The position numbers and the translations under genes are program-made. The notes under the pieces are model-generated. The model did no database searches. It was not told the origin of the DNA and was given only the letters and a program-made list of their open reading frames with translations. Shown here piece by piece: positions 20,438 to 30,196 of a DNA stretch of 64,000 bases. The stretch's first letter is position 1. Every line of letters starts with the position of its first letter. The DNA lies in IMG/VR virus record IMGVR_UViG_3300023175_000005, positions 124,001 through 188,000 of that record; one strand, 5' to 3'.

Positions 20438-21663
20438 AACTTGCTGCATACTATCATGATAAAATAGGAAATATGCACGGTGTACAGCCGTACATTTTTG
20501 ATACGTGGTTATATTCTCGAACACTGAAAAAAGCAGGTTTTGGTATAAAACAAATTAAAGATGGGTGGAACTGGCCTGGAATATATTTTGTAAGTGTTGC
20601 AGGTCATTCTAATGATTGGGGAACACATGACAATCATGTGTTAAACAATTTGCCCAGCGAAGTTGCTAATGCAGTTCGTAGAGGAAAAATTAAAATTGTA
20701 ATTGATAATTCGTCTGAAGGTATGAATATGATATTTCCTGGATGTGATGGGTTTTATAATATGCACGAAATAATGGAAGAAAATGATTTTCATAAAAATA
20801 GTGTTATACTTATGGACGGCAATGCAGATTTCTCTACAAATTATTTAACATGGTGTAACAGAAATTGGGATATACCGTTGTTTGCACATGTTCATAGTTT
20901 TACGCATACCTTTTATTTCGATAATAGAATACCACAAAGCGCACTAGTTATAAATGCTATTAAAAATAAAGATTCCAAAGATTTCCTTAGCATGAATAGA
21001 AATACAAGACCATCAAGGCTGGAGCATTTATTTTGGTTGTTAGATACAGGTTATGTAAGCAAGGGACTTGTAAGTGGAAGTTTACCGCAAAAAGAACAAG
21101 TAGGTGCGCCTAGTAGAATTACACTACAGGATGACAATTTATGGAATAAAACCTTGCTCAAAGGTTTGCCTTTAGACATAGATGGCGTAGATTGTAAAAG
21201 TGACCCTGACAAAGATGCCACTATTTTTAATCATGCCCTTTATGAAAATAGTTTGCTCAGTGTGGTTACAGAAACTGCATTTGCAGAAGAAGGGATGTTT
21301 ATTACAGAAAAAGTAATGAAACCCATTGCAGCAGGACATCCTTTTATGATATTAGGACAATTTAGAGTCTTAAAATATCTAAGAAGTTTAGGTTATAAAA
21401 CTGACTTTGAAGGCATAGATCAAAGTTACGATGAGATTTTAAATCCTAACGAAAGATTCCAAGCATTTCATAAAAGTTTAGAAAATTGGATTAAATTGAC
21501 AAGAGCACAAAAAGAAGATATAATTATGGAAAATCTAAATAAGATTACATATAATCAAAATTTATTTAGATCTACAAATTATAATAGAGATACTGGATTG
21601 CGACTCATGACAACTGTTCAAAATCTTTTTAACAATAAATATACTATCAATGAAAAAAATTAG
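20434..21663 (+). CDS. Putative glycosyltransferase, GT10-like TEK family
   Basis: FLSMNR..R..R, Y..S..SVVTET......FITEK..KPI..GHPF...G and DQSYD. Paralogue of 18165. Confidence 0.5.
   Translation: MKLAAYYHDKIGNMHGVQPYIFDTWLYSRTLKKAGFGIKQIKDGWNWPGIYFVSVAGHSNDWGTHDNHVLNNLPSEVANAVRRGKIKIVIDNSSEGMNMIFPGCDGFYNMHEIMEENDFHKNSVILMDGNADFSTNYLTWCNRNWDIPLFAHVHSFTHTFYFDNRIPQSALVINAIKNKDSKDFLSMNRNTRPSRLEHLFWLLDTGYVSKGLVSGSLPQKEQVGAPSRITLQDDNLWNKTLLKGLPLDIDGVDCKSDPDKDATIFNHALYENSLLSVVTETAFAEEGMFITEKVMKPIAAGHPFMILGQFRVLKYLRSLGYKTDFEGIDQSYDEILNPNERFQAFHKSLENWIKLTRAQKEDIIMENLNKITYNQNLFRSTNYNRDTGLRLMTTVQNLFNNKYTINEKN
21636..21641 (+). promoter_or_regulatory. Possible late promoter TAAATA close to the start of the B12-radical SAM gene
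   Basis: TAAATATACTA (identical to 10195-10205) ends just before ATG 21650, with no obvious SD sequence. Confidence 0.35.
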
Positions 21664-23614
21664 TTTTGTAAATCCGAATTTCCAGCAAGGACCTAAAGAG
21701 TTTAACGCTTATTACTTACCGTATAGTGTTGGCATACTTTGGTCTTATGTAAACCAGTTTGAATCTATTAATACCCAATATGAACTTGATGAGTTTGTAT
21801 GGCGAAGAGATCCTATTGCTGAAACAGTTGAACTTTTAAAAGATAACACAGTAGTAGGCTTTTCTACATACATATGGAACAAGCAATACAATAATGTTTT
21901 AGCCAGAGAATTAAAAAAAGCAAATCCAAATATTGTAATTTTATTTGGCGGACCTGAGCCGCCTATCGAAGACCCAAACTTTTTTGAACGTTTTCCTTAT
22001 ATTGATGTTTGTGTAAAACAGGAAGGAGAAAGAAGTTTTAGAAAAATTCTTGAAGCATTAGACGATAGAGATTCTTGGTTAGATGTAAAAGGTTTAATTG
22101 TAAATGTAGATGGTGAAACTGTAGACACAGGTGCTCAACCAAGAATTAACGAATTAGATGAGATACCTAGTCCTTATCTAACTGGTGTGTTTGATAAACT
22201 TATGGTAAAGCATCCTGAAGTGACATGGAATGCTACACTGGAAACAAATCGAGGTTGTCCGTATGCTTGTACTTTTTGTGACTGGGGCAGTTTAACATAT
22301 AATAAAGTTAAAAAGTTTAATTTAGAACGTGTGTTTGATGAATTAGAATGGATCGGTAAAACAGGTTGCGACTTTGTAAGTTTAACGGATGCAAACTTTG
22401 GTATTTTTGCAGAACGTGATAGTATGATTGCAGATAAACTTATTCAAGTGCAAAAAACATACGATAACCCAAAAGCATATACTATTGCTTGGGCTAAAAA
22501 TCAAAAGAAAGAAGTTGTAGATATTGTTAGAAAACTTATCTATGATGGCGGTGCAAAAATTGGATTGAATTTATCTGTACAGTCAATGGATGAAAATGTT
22601 TTAGAAATTATCAAACGTAAAAATCTTGAAATGAATAAAATTGAACAAGTGTTTGATATGTGCGAAGAAAATAATATTCCGTTATATACAGAGTTAATTT
22701 TAGGGTTACCCGGAGAAACATTAGAAACATGGAAAGATAATTTTTATAGTCTATACAAAGCTGGTAACCATACAGGCGTTACAGTATATCAAGCACAGTT
22801 GCTTGAAAATGCAGAAATGAATCTTGTGCAAAAACAAGAATTCAAAATTGAAGGTAGAAAAGTTACTGACTATCTTGTTGGCGCTTATAACGAAGATGAA
22901 CTTAAAGAAGGTATAGATATTGTTGTATCTACAAAAGACTTATCTTATGAAAAGATGCTAGATGCACAAGTGTTTAGTTGGTTTCAAAATACTTTCCATA
23001 TCAACGGTATCACAAATTATATCAGTCGATTTTTATACAACTTTAGCAACATAGAATATAGTGAATTTTACGAAAAATTATTTGACCATATAAGCCGAGA
23101 TCCTTGGTTAAAAAGCGAAATTGATCGCATAAGAAAATACTATATTAACTGGGGTACTAACGGTAGAATTGATCACCCTAAAATTCAAGGTATTGAAATA
23201 CACGGATGGAATCTTATCCACAGCACTATTATTAATTTACACAGTGAAGATAAAGCATCACATGTGTTTAGTGTTGTAAAAGATTTTATGCAAAAAGAAT
23301 ACGCACATTTTCCACAAGATGTAATGGACCAACTTATGGACTTCCAATCTAGTTACCTTATCGATTACAACAAAATTAAATCTTACCCGCTCACAAAAGA
23401 TTACGATTACGATTTTCTCGGATACATACATAGTGGGGAAGAATTGAATAATAAGAGTACTTTATTTTTTGATTTTCCTGAAAACCAAGATATGAGTTTA
23501 CAACAATTTTGTGAACAGATATTTTTTGCAAGAAGAAGGAATTTTGGTAAAGCATGGGTGACCAAGAAAAAGTTGCACACATTTACGCATGGCAATATGG
23601 AAATGCAGAACTAG
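21650..23614 (+). CDS. Cobalamin-dependent radical SAM protein (class B methyltransferase-like)
   Basis: N-terminal B12-binding pattern (PYSVG.L..Y, GFSTYIWN, GGP, EGE), ETNRGCPYACTFC, DANFG and ILGLPGET. Confidence 0.85.
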   Translation: MKKISFVNPNFQQGPKEFNAYYLPYSVGILWSYVNQFESINTQYELDEFVWRRDPIAETVELLKDNTVVGFSTYIWNKQYNNVLARELKKANPNIVILFGGPEPPIEDPNFFERFPYIDVCVKQEGERSFRKILEALDDRDSWLDVKGLIVNVDGETVDTGAQPRINELDEIPSPYLTGVFDKLMVKHPEVTWNATLETNRGCPYACTFCDWGSLTYNKVKKFNLERVFDELEWIGKTGCDFVSLTDANFGIFAERDSMIADKLIQVQKTYDNPKAYTIAWAKNQKKEVVDIVRKLIYDGGAKIGLNLSVQSMDENVLEIIKRKNLEMNKIEQVFDMCEENNIPLYTELILGLPGETLETWKDNFYSLYKAGNHTGVTVYQAQLLENAEMNLVQKQEFKIEGRKVTDYLVGAYNEDELKEGIDIVVSTKDLSYEKMLDAQVFSWFQNTFHINGITNYISRFLYNFSNIEYSEFYEKLFDHISRDPWLKSEIDRIRKYYINWGTNGRIDHPKIQGIEIHGWNLIHSTIINLHSEDKASHVFSVVKDFMQKEYAHFPQDVMDQLMDFQSSYLIDYNKIKSYPLTKDYDYDFLGYIHSGEELNNKSTLFFDFPENQDMSLQQFCEQIFFARRRNFGKAWVTKKKLHTFTHGNMEMQN

Positions 23615-25719
23615 AAAATAAAATCTGTTCACGTGTATGGGATCATATTTATTTTTGGTGGTATCATGAATTTGAAATTGATCTTTCCCAAAAATCTGTA
23701 AAACACATAAACAAAAACAATATAAAATATACTGTTGTAACTTGCATTAACGATTTACCTTTACTTCAAAAAAGACTACGAGTAATAGGCTTACGGCCAC
23801 ATGGCAGAGCAGATATTTGGCCTGAGTTCTTCATTGTAAGAGCACATCAAGAACTGTTGAATAACAACTTCTTGTATGATGATTTAATATTACAAGACAA
23901 ACATACTTGGGATATATGGAAGCATCCTTTCTTATCGATGAATGGTAGAGAGCGTCATCATAGAGATGTTTTCATTGATGTTCTTGCTAGAGAAAATTTA
24001 ATAGATAAAGGATTAATAACATACCATCAGACTCATCGGAATGATGATCCTACTCAGTATTTTAAGTATCATGATGGTAGTAGATTGACTACAAATGATA
24101 GGTTTACTGAAAAATTATGTAGTTTTGATTTTAATGATGACTTTATCTATAGTTTCCTACATATTCCTACCGAAAGTTATACAGAAGGTATGACAATAAC
24201 AGAAAAGACAGCCACACCTATGTTATGTAAACTTCCGTTCTTAACTGTCGGTAGTAGATATTTCCATTCTAAATTAATGGAAATGGGTTTCGAAATATAT
24301 GATGAAGTTTTTGACTATAGTTTTGACAATTTAAAAACTGACGAAGAACGTATCGAAGGTATAGTTAAAAATATAAAATATGTTGTAGATAACAAACATA
24401 ATTTGCAAGGTATGTATGACACACTAAAGCCTAAATTACAAAAAAATGTAGAACACATATTTGACAAATACATATCAAAGTTTGAACACGTGCCTTCCAC
24501 TGTGCAAAATAGGATTTTGGAAATTACTGCACCAGGAGGTGTAATGGAAGGCGATGAAGGAGAACTTTTAACTTTAGCAAAAAGGTTTACTGATAGAAAA
24601 ATCAAAGCCAAAGGTCTAAAAGAAAGAAGAGATTATCTTTGGTATAATTATTGGTGTTCACATGAAAATGGAGATGGTTTTAATTTTAGACAAATTTTAA
24701 AAGATCTTAAAACTGTAAAAACTGATAAAGTTGTAATAGATGGTAGCGCAGAATGGGAACCATGGTTTGATCCAGAATATGTAGAATATGTGAATGCTAA
24801 TCCTAATATAGAAACTATTGTGATTAGTGGTTGTGCAAAAAATTCTTATTATGAAAATAAATTAAAAACAAGCGGCATAAACAGAATTAGAAGTTTACAC
24901 TGGTCGACTTTCTTTTTCCATTATTCTACAAAAACAATTCTTGATGCATACGAGGATTATAACACACCAAAAGATGTTAGAGAATATTGGAATATAGATG
25001 ACACAACAACAAAATGGCCTTGGATTTGTTTGCAAAACAGAGCACATTTACATCGTTGTCATTTAATTGATAATATTAAAAAATATAATTTACAAGATGC
25101 AGGTTATGTAACATGGATCGATGGCGGCAAAGAAAGACCAGACTTTCCATACAAATACCATGATGGTAAACAAATGACGCTAGAAAATGATACTTTTAGT
25201 CTTGATATGGATTCATACAAATTACCTGAAGAATATTGGCATACACTATGTGATTTTGTATCTGAAGCATGTTGGGAAACTATATTTGTTACTGAAAAAA
25301 CAATATATCCTTTGTTAAGTAAAAAATTATTTTTGGTATGCGGAGCACAAGGATTTCACGAACATTTAGATAAACTTGGGTTTGTTAGATATGATGAAAT
25401 ATTCGACTACAGTTTTGATAAAGAAACAGACTTAGCAAAACGTGTAGCAATGTATACTGAAGAAATGAGAAAGTACAGTGAAAATACTTTTTCTACTATT
25501 AAGACACACATACAAGAATACAATGAGTTGTATCATAAAATTGAATATAACCACAAGCGTGTGTTTGAAATCTTAAAAAGAGATCCTTACATGCCTAAAG
25601 CAGTAAAATATCAATGGTCAAGAATTGATACTGAAATACAAGATCAAGCATTGCCGCCGTGGCAAAAGTTATATTTAGAACTTAAAAAACAAGTGATACG
25701 TGCGAGAAAAGAATTATGA
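23554..25719 (+). CDS. Two-domain putative glycosyltransferase (tandem GT10-like TEK domains)
   Basis: Two copies of N.R...HR...TEKT..P.L....F...G....H..L...GF..YDE.FDYSFD. Confidence 0.5.
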   Translation: MGDQEKVAHIYAWQYGNAELENKICSRVWDHIYFWWYHEFEIDLSQKSVKHINKNNIKYTVVTCINDLPLLQKRLRVIGLRPHGRADIWPEFFIVRAHQELLNNNFLYDDLILQDKHTWDIWKHPFLSMNGRERHHRDVFIDVLARENLIDKGLITYHQTHRNDDPTQYFKYHDGSRLTTNDRFTEKLCSFDFNDDFIYSFLHIPTESYTEGMTITEKTATPMLCKLPFLTVGSRYFHSKLMEMGFEIYDEVFDYSFDNLKTDEERIEGIVKNIKYVVDNKHNLQGMYDTLKPKLQKNVEHIFDKYISKFEHVPSTVQNRILEITAPGGVMEGDEGELLTLAKRFTDRKIKAKGLKERRDYLWYNYWCSHENGDGFNFRQILKDLKTVKTDKVVIDGSAEWEPWFDPEYVEYVNANPNIETIVISGCAKNSYYENKLKTSGINRIRSLHWSTFFFHYSTKTILDAYEDYNTPKDVREYWNIDDTTTKWPWICLQNRAHLHRCHLIDNIKKYNLQDAGYVTWIDGGKERPDFPYKYHDGKQMTLENDTFSLDMDSYKLPEEYWHTLCDFVSEACWETIFVTEKTIYPLLSKKLFLVCGAQGFHEHLDKLGFVRYDEIFDYSFDKETDLAKRVAMYTEEMRKYSENTFSTIKTHIQEYNELYHKIEYNHKRVFEILKRDPYMPKAVKYQWSRIDTEIQDQALPPWQKLYLELKKQVIRARKEL

Positions 25720-26891
25720 AAAAAGTAGCAATGATAGGATGCGGCAAATTAGGACAAGATTGTGCCGAAGTAATGGCAACACATTATGATGTTGTAGGTT
25801 ATGATGTTGCAAAGCGGACACCGCGAAACTTTTCTATGTGTCAAACTATAAAAGACGCAGTTACAGATACAAATATAATTTTTGTTGCAGTGCCCACACC
25901 ACACGAAGCACAATATGGAGGCGAGACTCCTACTAGTCATTTGCCTAATAAAGATTTTGACTATAGTATTGTTGAATCTGTGTTACGTAAAATTAACAAG
26001 CATGTAAACAAATCACAGTTAGTTGTGCTTATTAGTACAGTTCTTCCTGGTACAACTAGAAATAGATTTATCAAACTAATAAAAAATGCACGTTTTGTTT
26101 ACAATCCTTACTTAATAGCAATGGGTACAATTAAATGGGACATGGTAAATCCTGAAATGGTTATTATTGGCACTGAAGACGGTAGCACTACAGATGATGC
26201 AAAAGAGTTGATCGACTTTTATAAGCCTATAATGCAAAACAATCCTAGATATGAAATAGGCACATGGGATGAAGCAGAAGCTATAAAAATATTTTACAAT
26301 ACGTTTATCAGTACTAAACTAAGTTTAGTTAATATGATACAAGATGTTGCTGAAACAAGTGGTAATATTAATGTTGATGTTGTTACAGAAGCCCTTGCAA
26401 AAAGCACATACCGAATTATGGGGCCAGGCTATATGCAAGCAGGTATGGGAGACGGAGGCGCATGTCATCCTAGAGATAATATTGCTTTACGATATCTAGC
26501 ACAACGGTTAGACTTAGGTTATGATTTGTTTGATAGTATTATGACTGCAAGAGAAGTACAAGCCAAAAGAATGGCACAGAGATTGATTAGAGAAGGTAAT
26601 GATATTTGTATTGTAGGAAAAGCCTATAAGCCAGGAGTTTATTACACTATAGGCAGTAGTAGTATGCTAGTAGGACATTATGTAGAAGAATTAGGAGGGT
26701 CTCTAACTTATTATGACATCAACACAGGAGATACGGTATTTCCTAAAGCAGATGTATATCTAATAGGTTATTGGGAACAGTATGTAGAAGAAATTGAATG
26801 GCCGCTTGGGTCTACAGTAGTAGATCCTTGGAGGAAACTTAGAGATTCAAACGAATTCAAAGTTGTACATTACGGTAACACACGGAGTTAA
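25716..26891 (+). CDS. UDP-glucose/GDP-mannose 6-dehydrogenase family protein
   Basis: GCGKLG, FVAVPTP, STVLPGT, YNP, EAEAIK..YN and catalytic GGACHPRD; G.AYKP. Confidence 0.85.
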   Translation: MKKVAMIGCGKLGQDCAEVMATHYDVVGYDVAKRTPRNFSMCQTIKDAVTDTNIIFVAVPTPHEAQYGGETPTSHLPNKDFDYSIVESVLRKINKHVNKSQLVVLISTVLPGTTRNRFIKLIKNARFVYNPYLIAMGTIKWDMVNPEMVIIGTEDGSTTDDAKELIDFYKPIMQNNPRYEIGTWDEAEAIKIFYNTFISTKLSLVNMIQDVAETSGNINVDVVTEALAKSTYRIMGPGYMQAGMGDGGACHPRDNIALRYLAQRLDLGYDLFDSIMTAREVQAKRMAQRLIREGNDICIVGKAYKPGVYYTIGSSSMLVGHYVEELGGSLTYYDINTGDTVFPKADVYLIGYWEQYVEEIEWPLGSTVVDPWRKLRDSNEFKVVHYGNTRS

Positions 26892-26898
26892 ATATTGC

Positions 26899-27639
26899 AT
26901 GGAACTAGTAACACATCTTAAAACAACATATCCAAACATTAAAAAATTAAATTATGAATTTGTAGGAACACCGCCATATCCTATGATTACATTAGACAAT
27001 TTTTTGCCAGAATCAATGGCAAAAGCAATGGAACTTGAGTGCGAAAGCATACCAGAATTCCATTGGAAAGAATTTACCCGTCGCGATAGTTATATGCGTG
27101 AACTTACAAATTTAGAGGTAGCACCTGTAGCACAAAATTTTACAAATCAAATGCACAGTCAAGCAGGTATGCAATGGTTGATTAAACTTACTGGTATTAA
27201 GGATCTTATTCCTGATCCTTATATTGTAGGTGCAGGTTATAGTAGAAGTTATCCAGGATGTAAATTATCAATCCATACAGATTTTAACTGGAATGATACA
27301 ATTAAAGTACATCGTATGCTGAGTATGATAATTTATCTAGGATCGGATTGGGAAGAAGAATGGGGCGGCCATTTACATTTCAATGACTTCAACAATAAAG
27401 GTCCTGTACAAAAAGTTGCACCAATGTTTAATAGAGCAATTATTTGGAGACACCATGAAAGAGGGTTCCATGGGTTTCCTGATGCACTAGCATGTCCTGA
27501 AGGGCGTACAAGAAATGCATTTAGATTGTTCTTTTACGTAAGCAATGCAAAACACGATGATGAGAATTTACCTCATCGTAGTTTGTATTGGTTTGATGAA
27601 GAAACAGGCGAACCCTATGATATTACAACTGAAAGATAG
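26899..27639 (+). CDS. Fe(II)/2-oxoglutarate oxygenase (prolyl-hydroxylase-like)
   Basis: HTD...IIYL..DW.EEWGG.L...P.FNR......HG......R. ATG 26899 preferred over the upstream alternative start. Confidence 0.8.
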   Translation: MELVTHLKTTYPNIKKLNYEFVGTPPYPMITLDNFLPESMAKAMELECESIPEFHWKEFTRRDSYMRELTNLEVAPVAQNFTNQMHSQAGMQWLIKLTGIKDLIPDPYIVGAGYSRSYPGCKLSIHTDFNWNDTIKVHRMLSMIIYLGSDWEEEWGGHLHFNDFNNKGPVQKVAPMFNRAIIWRHHERGFHGFPDALACPEGRTRNAFRLFFYVSNAKHDDENLPHRSLYWFDEETGEPYDITTER

Positions 27640-28267
27640 AACTGTAGAGTTAAACGATCCTTGGGATGCAGTCACAGTATTTGAAGATAGACTAGCAGAA
27701 TATGCTGGATCTAAATATGCAGTATGTGTTGATAGTTGTAGTAATTCAATGTTTCTTTGTATGAAATACTTAGGCGTAACAGGTCAAACAATTACATTGC
27801 CTGCACATACATATTCAAGCACACCAATGCAGTGTATTCACGCAGGTAATAAAATTAAATTTATTGATAAAGAATGGAGTGGTGATTATTTTTTAGATCC
27901 TACTCCTATTGTTGACGGAGCAACTAGATTCCGTAAAGGAATGTATATACCTGAGTCATATTATTGTGTAAGTTTTCATCATAGAAAAACACTTAAATTA
28001 GGTAAAGGTGGAGTAATACTAACAGATGACATAGACTTTGTAGAATGGTGCCGTCCTATGATTTATGATGGGCGCCACAAATATGTTAGACATGAAGATG
28101 ACGATTATAGTTGTATAGGCTATCATATGTATATGACTCCAGAAGAAGCCATAAGAGGTATTACACTCTTTGAAGAATTAGGACCAGATAATCCTGATAC
28201 AGGTTCTAGTACAACATACAAAGATTTACGAAAACAGAAAGTATTTGACGAGTATAGAGATGAGTAA
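27617..28267 (+). CDS. Short DegT/DnrJ/EryC1/StrS-family PLP aminotransferase
   Basis: FE..LAEY.GSKYAV.V.SC, P..TY, VDGA and SFHHRKTLKLGKGG.I.TDD with the PLP Lys. Only ~216 aa. Confidence 0.75.
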   Translation: MILQLKDRTVELNDPWDAVTVFEDRLAEYAGSKYAVCVDSCSNSMFLCMKYLGVTGQTITLPAHTYSSTPMQCIHAGNKIKFIDKEWSGDYFLDPTPIVDGATRFRKGMYIPESYYCVSFHHRKTLKLGKGGVILTDDIDFVEWCRPMIYDGRHKYVRHEDDDYSCIGYHMYMTPEEAIRGITLFEELGPDNPDTGSSTTYKDLRKQKVFDEYRDE

Positions 28268-29303
28268 AATAAACGCAAACACAGAATGGGGCACACTTAA
28301 AGAAGTAATTTTAGGTAATGCAGAGTGGGCTCAAGTTCCTAGGATCAAAAACAAAGATATACATTGTGTTGACTATGCTAACATAGATGATTTATCCGAC
28401 ATGCCGGGCGGGCAATATCCAGAAGATGTTATTAACGAAACTATAGAAGACTTAAACGTGTTTCAAAAACAACTTGAAGACATTGGTGTAAAAGTCATGC
28501 GTCCTACAAAGTTTAATCATGGAGTTACACACATGTCTCCTGATTGGTCTACTGATGCATACTATAGTTATTGTCCACGTGATAGTGTGCTTACTATTGG
28601 TGATATGCTTATCGAAACTCCTATGCCTCTTAGAAGTAGATATTTTGAAACATTTGGTATGAGAAGTATTTTCAAAGAGTATTTTGTAAACGGCAGTAGA
28701 TGGATTGCAGCACCTAAGCCTAGATTACCAGATAAACTTTATGATAGATCAGATCTAAATGCTCCTACACTTACTGAATATGAACCAGCATTTGATGCTG
28801 CTAACTGTGTAAAGATAGGTAAAGATATATTATATCTTGTTTCAAACAGCGGAAACAAAATGGGCGCACGGTGGCTACAAAGTACACTTGGTGAAAAGTA
28901 TACAGTGCATATGTTAGAAAACGTGTATGCATATGTACATTTAGATACTAGTATTATGCCATTGGCACCTGGTAAAGTATTATTAAATTCTGAAAGAGTA
29001 AAAGAAGAACAACTACCTGACATATTCAACAAGTGGGAAAAAATATGGGCACCTGAACCACATGAAACACAGGTTATGCATGATTGGGCACCTGCAAGTC
29101 CTTGGCTAGGAATGAATATTTTAAGTTTAAGTGAATCTTTAGTTGCCGTTGAAGAAAATCAACATAGTTTAACAAAAACTTTAGAAAATTCAGGCTTTGA
29201 TGTTATGCACGTAAAGATGAGACATTGTCGAACACTAAGCGGCGGCCCCCATTGTGTTACACTTGATACAGTTAGAGAGGATGAATATGCAGACTATCGA
29301 TAA
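28260..29303 (+). CDS. Amidinotransferase (glycine/inosamine-phosphate amidinotransferase family)
   Basis: EWG.LKEVI.G, CPRD, R.FE, FDAAN (Asp), HLDT (His) and GGPHCVTLD (Cys): full catalytic triad. Confidence 0.9.
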   Translation: MSKINANTEWGTLKEVILGNAEWAQVPRIKNKDIHCVDYANIDDLSDMPGGQYPEDVINETIEDLNVFQKQLEDIGVKVMRPTKFNHGVTHMSPDWSTDAYYSYCPRDSVLTIGDMLIETPMPLRSRYFETFGMRSIFKEYFVNGSRWIAAPKPRLPDKLYDRSDLNAPTLTEYEPAFDAANCVKIGKDILYLVSNSGNKMGARWLQSTLGEKYTVHMLENVYAYVHLDTSIMPLAPGKVLLNSERVKEEQLPDIFNKWEKIWAPEPHETQVMHDWAPASPWLGMNILSLSESLVAVEENQHSLTKTLENSGFDVMHVKMRHCRTLSGGPHCVTLDTVREDEYADYR

Positions 29304-30177
29304 AGCAATTATTGGCTTAGGTTGTAGTTGGACACAGGGCGAAGGCGGCTATACAGAAGAAACATGGAAGAAACACAACGGAAAGATGAATTTTCCTATG
29401 GATCAAAGCACAGACCTTATTCCTATGGAATGGGAAAACAGTTGGGTTAATGTATTAGCAAGGGATCATTTTACGGATTATACAGCAGTTAATTTAGGTC
29501 AGCGAGGTATAGGTAACAGAGCAGCAGCAAGGTGTTTGTACTTGACAGATATAGATTGGGATGCAATGGAAGATTGCATTATTGTGTTTATGCTAAGTGG
29601 ATACGAACGTTTTGATTTTTTTAGACAAGACATGCATTTTGACGAAGAGCCGCATTTTACAAGACACAGAGAACACCCTTATAAACGTGCTCATCATTAT
29701 AACTTTAATACTGTATGGCCTAATGATAGTGACAAGTTTTGGAAAGCATATACAAGAACTTGTTGGAGCGAAACATGTGCAAGTATGGAAACTCTATGTA
29801 GTATTTTAGAAGTGCAAAATTTTTGTAAGGCCTATGGATTTAAATTTGTTCTTGCAAATGCATTTGATTATAGAGGAAAACATGATTTAGAAACAAGAAC
29901 AGGCGGTTTGCACGATCAAATAGATTGGACAAAGTATATACACGATTATAGACATTATGATCAATTTGTAGATTTGCTAGTAGAAGCAGATGATTGGTTA
30001 CAAGGTGAACATGAAAGATCACAATGGTGGGATAGATATCATAATTTAGATTATCCTAAACAGTTTCTAACAAATGATATTCATCCAAATATCAATGGCT
30101 ACAAGTTAATGGCAAAAGAACTTGCAGAATTTATTACAGAAACATATGGCTTGACAACTGCAAAAAATCCTGTATAA
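29287..30177 (+). CDS. SGNH/GDSL-like hydrolase or acyltransferase
   Basis: GCSWTQG, NLG.RG.GN and DIHPN..GY..MA. Start chosen from the GAGAGG RBS. Confidence 0.6.
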   Translation: MQTIDKAIIGLGCSWTQGEGGYTEETWKKHNGKMNFPMDQSTDLIPMEWENSWVNVLARDHFTDYTAVNLGQRGIGNRAAARCLYLTDIDWDAMEDCIIVFMLSGYERFDFFRQDMHFDEEPHFTRHREHPYKRAHHYNFNTVWPNDSDKFWKAYTRTCWSETCASMETLCSILEVQNFCKAYGFKFVLANAFDYRGKHDLETRTGGLHDQIDWTKYIHDYRHYDQFVDLLVEADDWLQGEHERSQWWDRYHNLDYPKQFLTNDIHPNINGYKLMAKELAEFITETYGLTTAKNPV

Positions 30178-30178
30178 T
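30151..30178 (+). promoter_or_regulatory. Sigma70-type promoter TTGACA-16 bp-TATAAT
   Basis: Perfect -35 (30151-30156) and -10 (30173-30178) upstream of the AAGGA RBS and ATG 30197. Confidence 0.7.
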
Positions 30179-30196
30179 TTATAAAAAGGATTTCGT

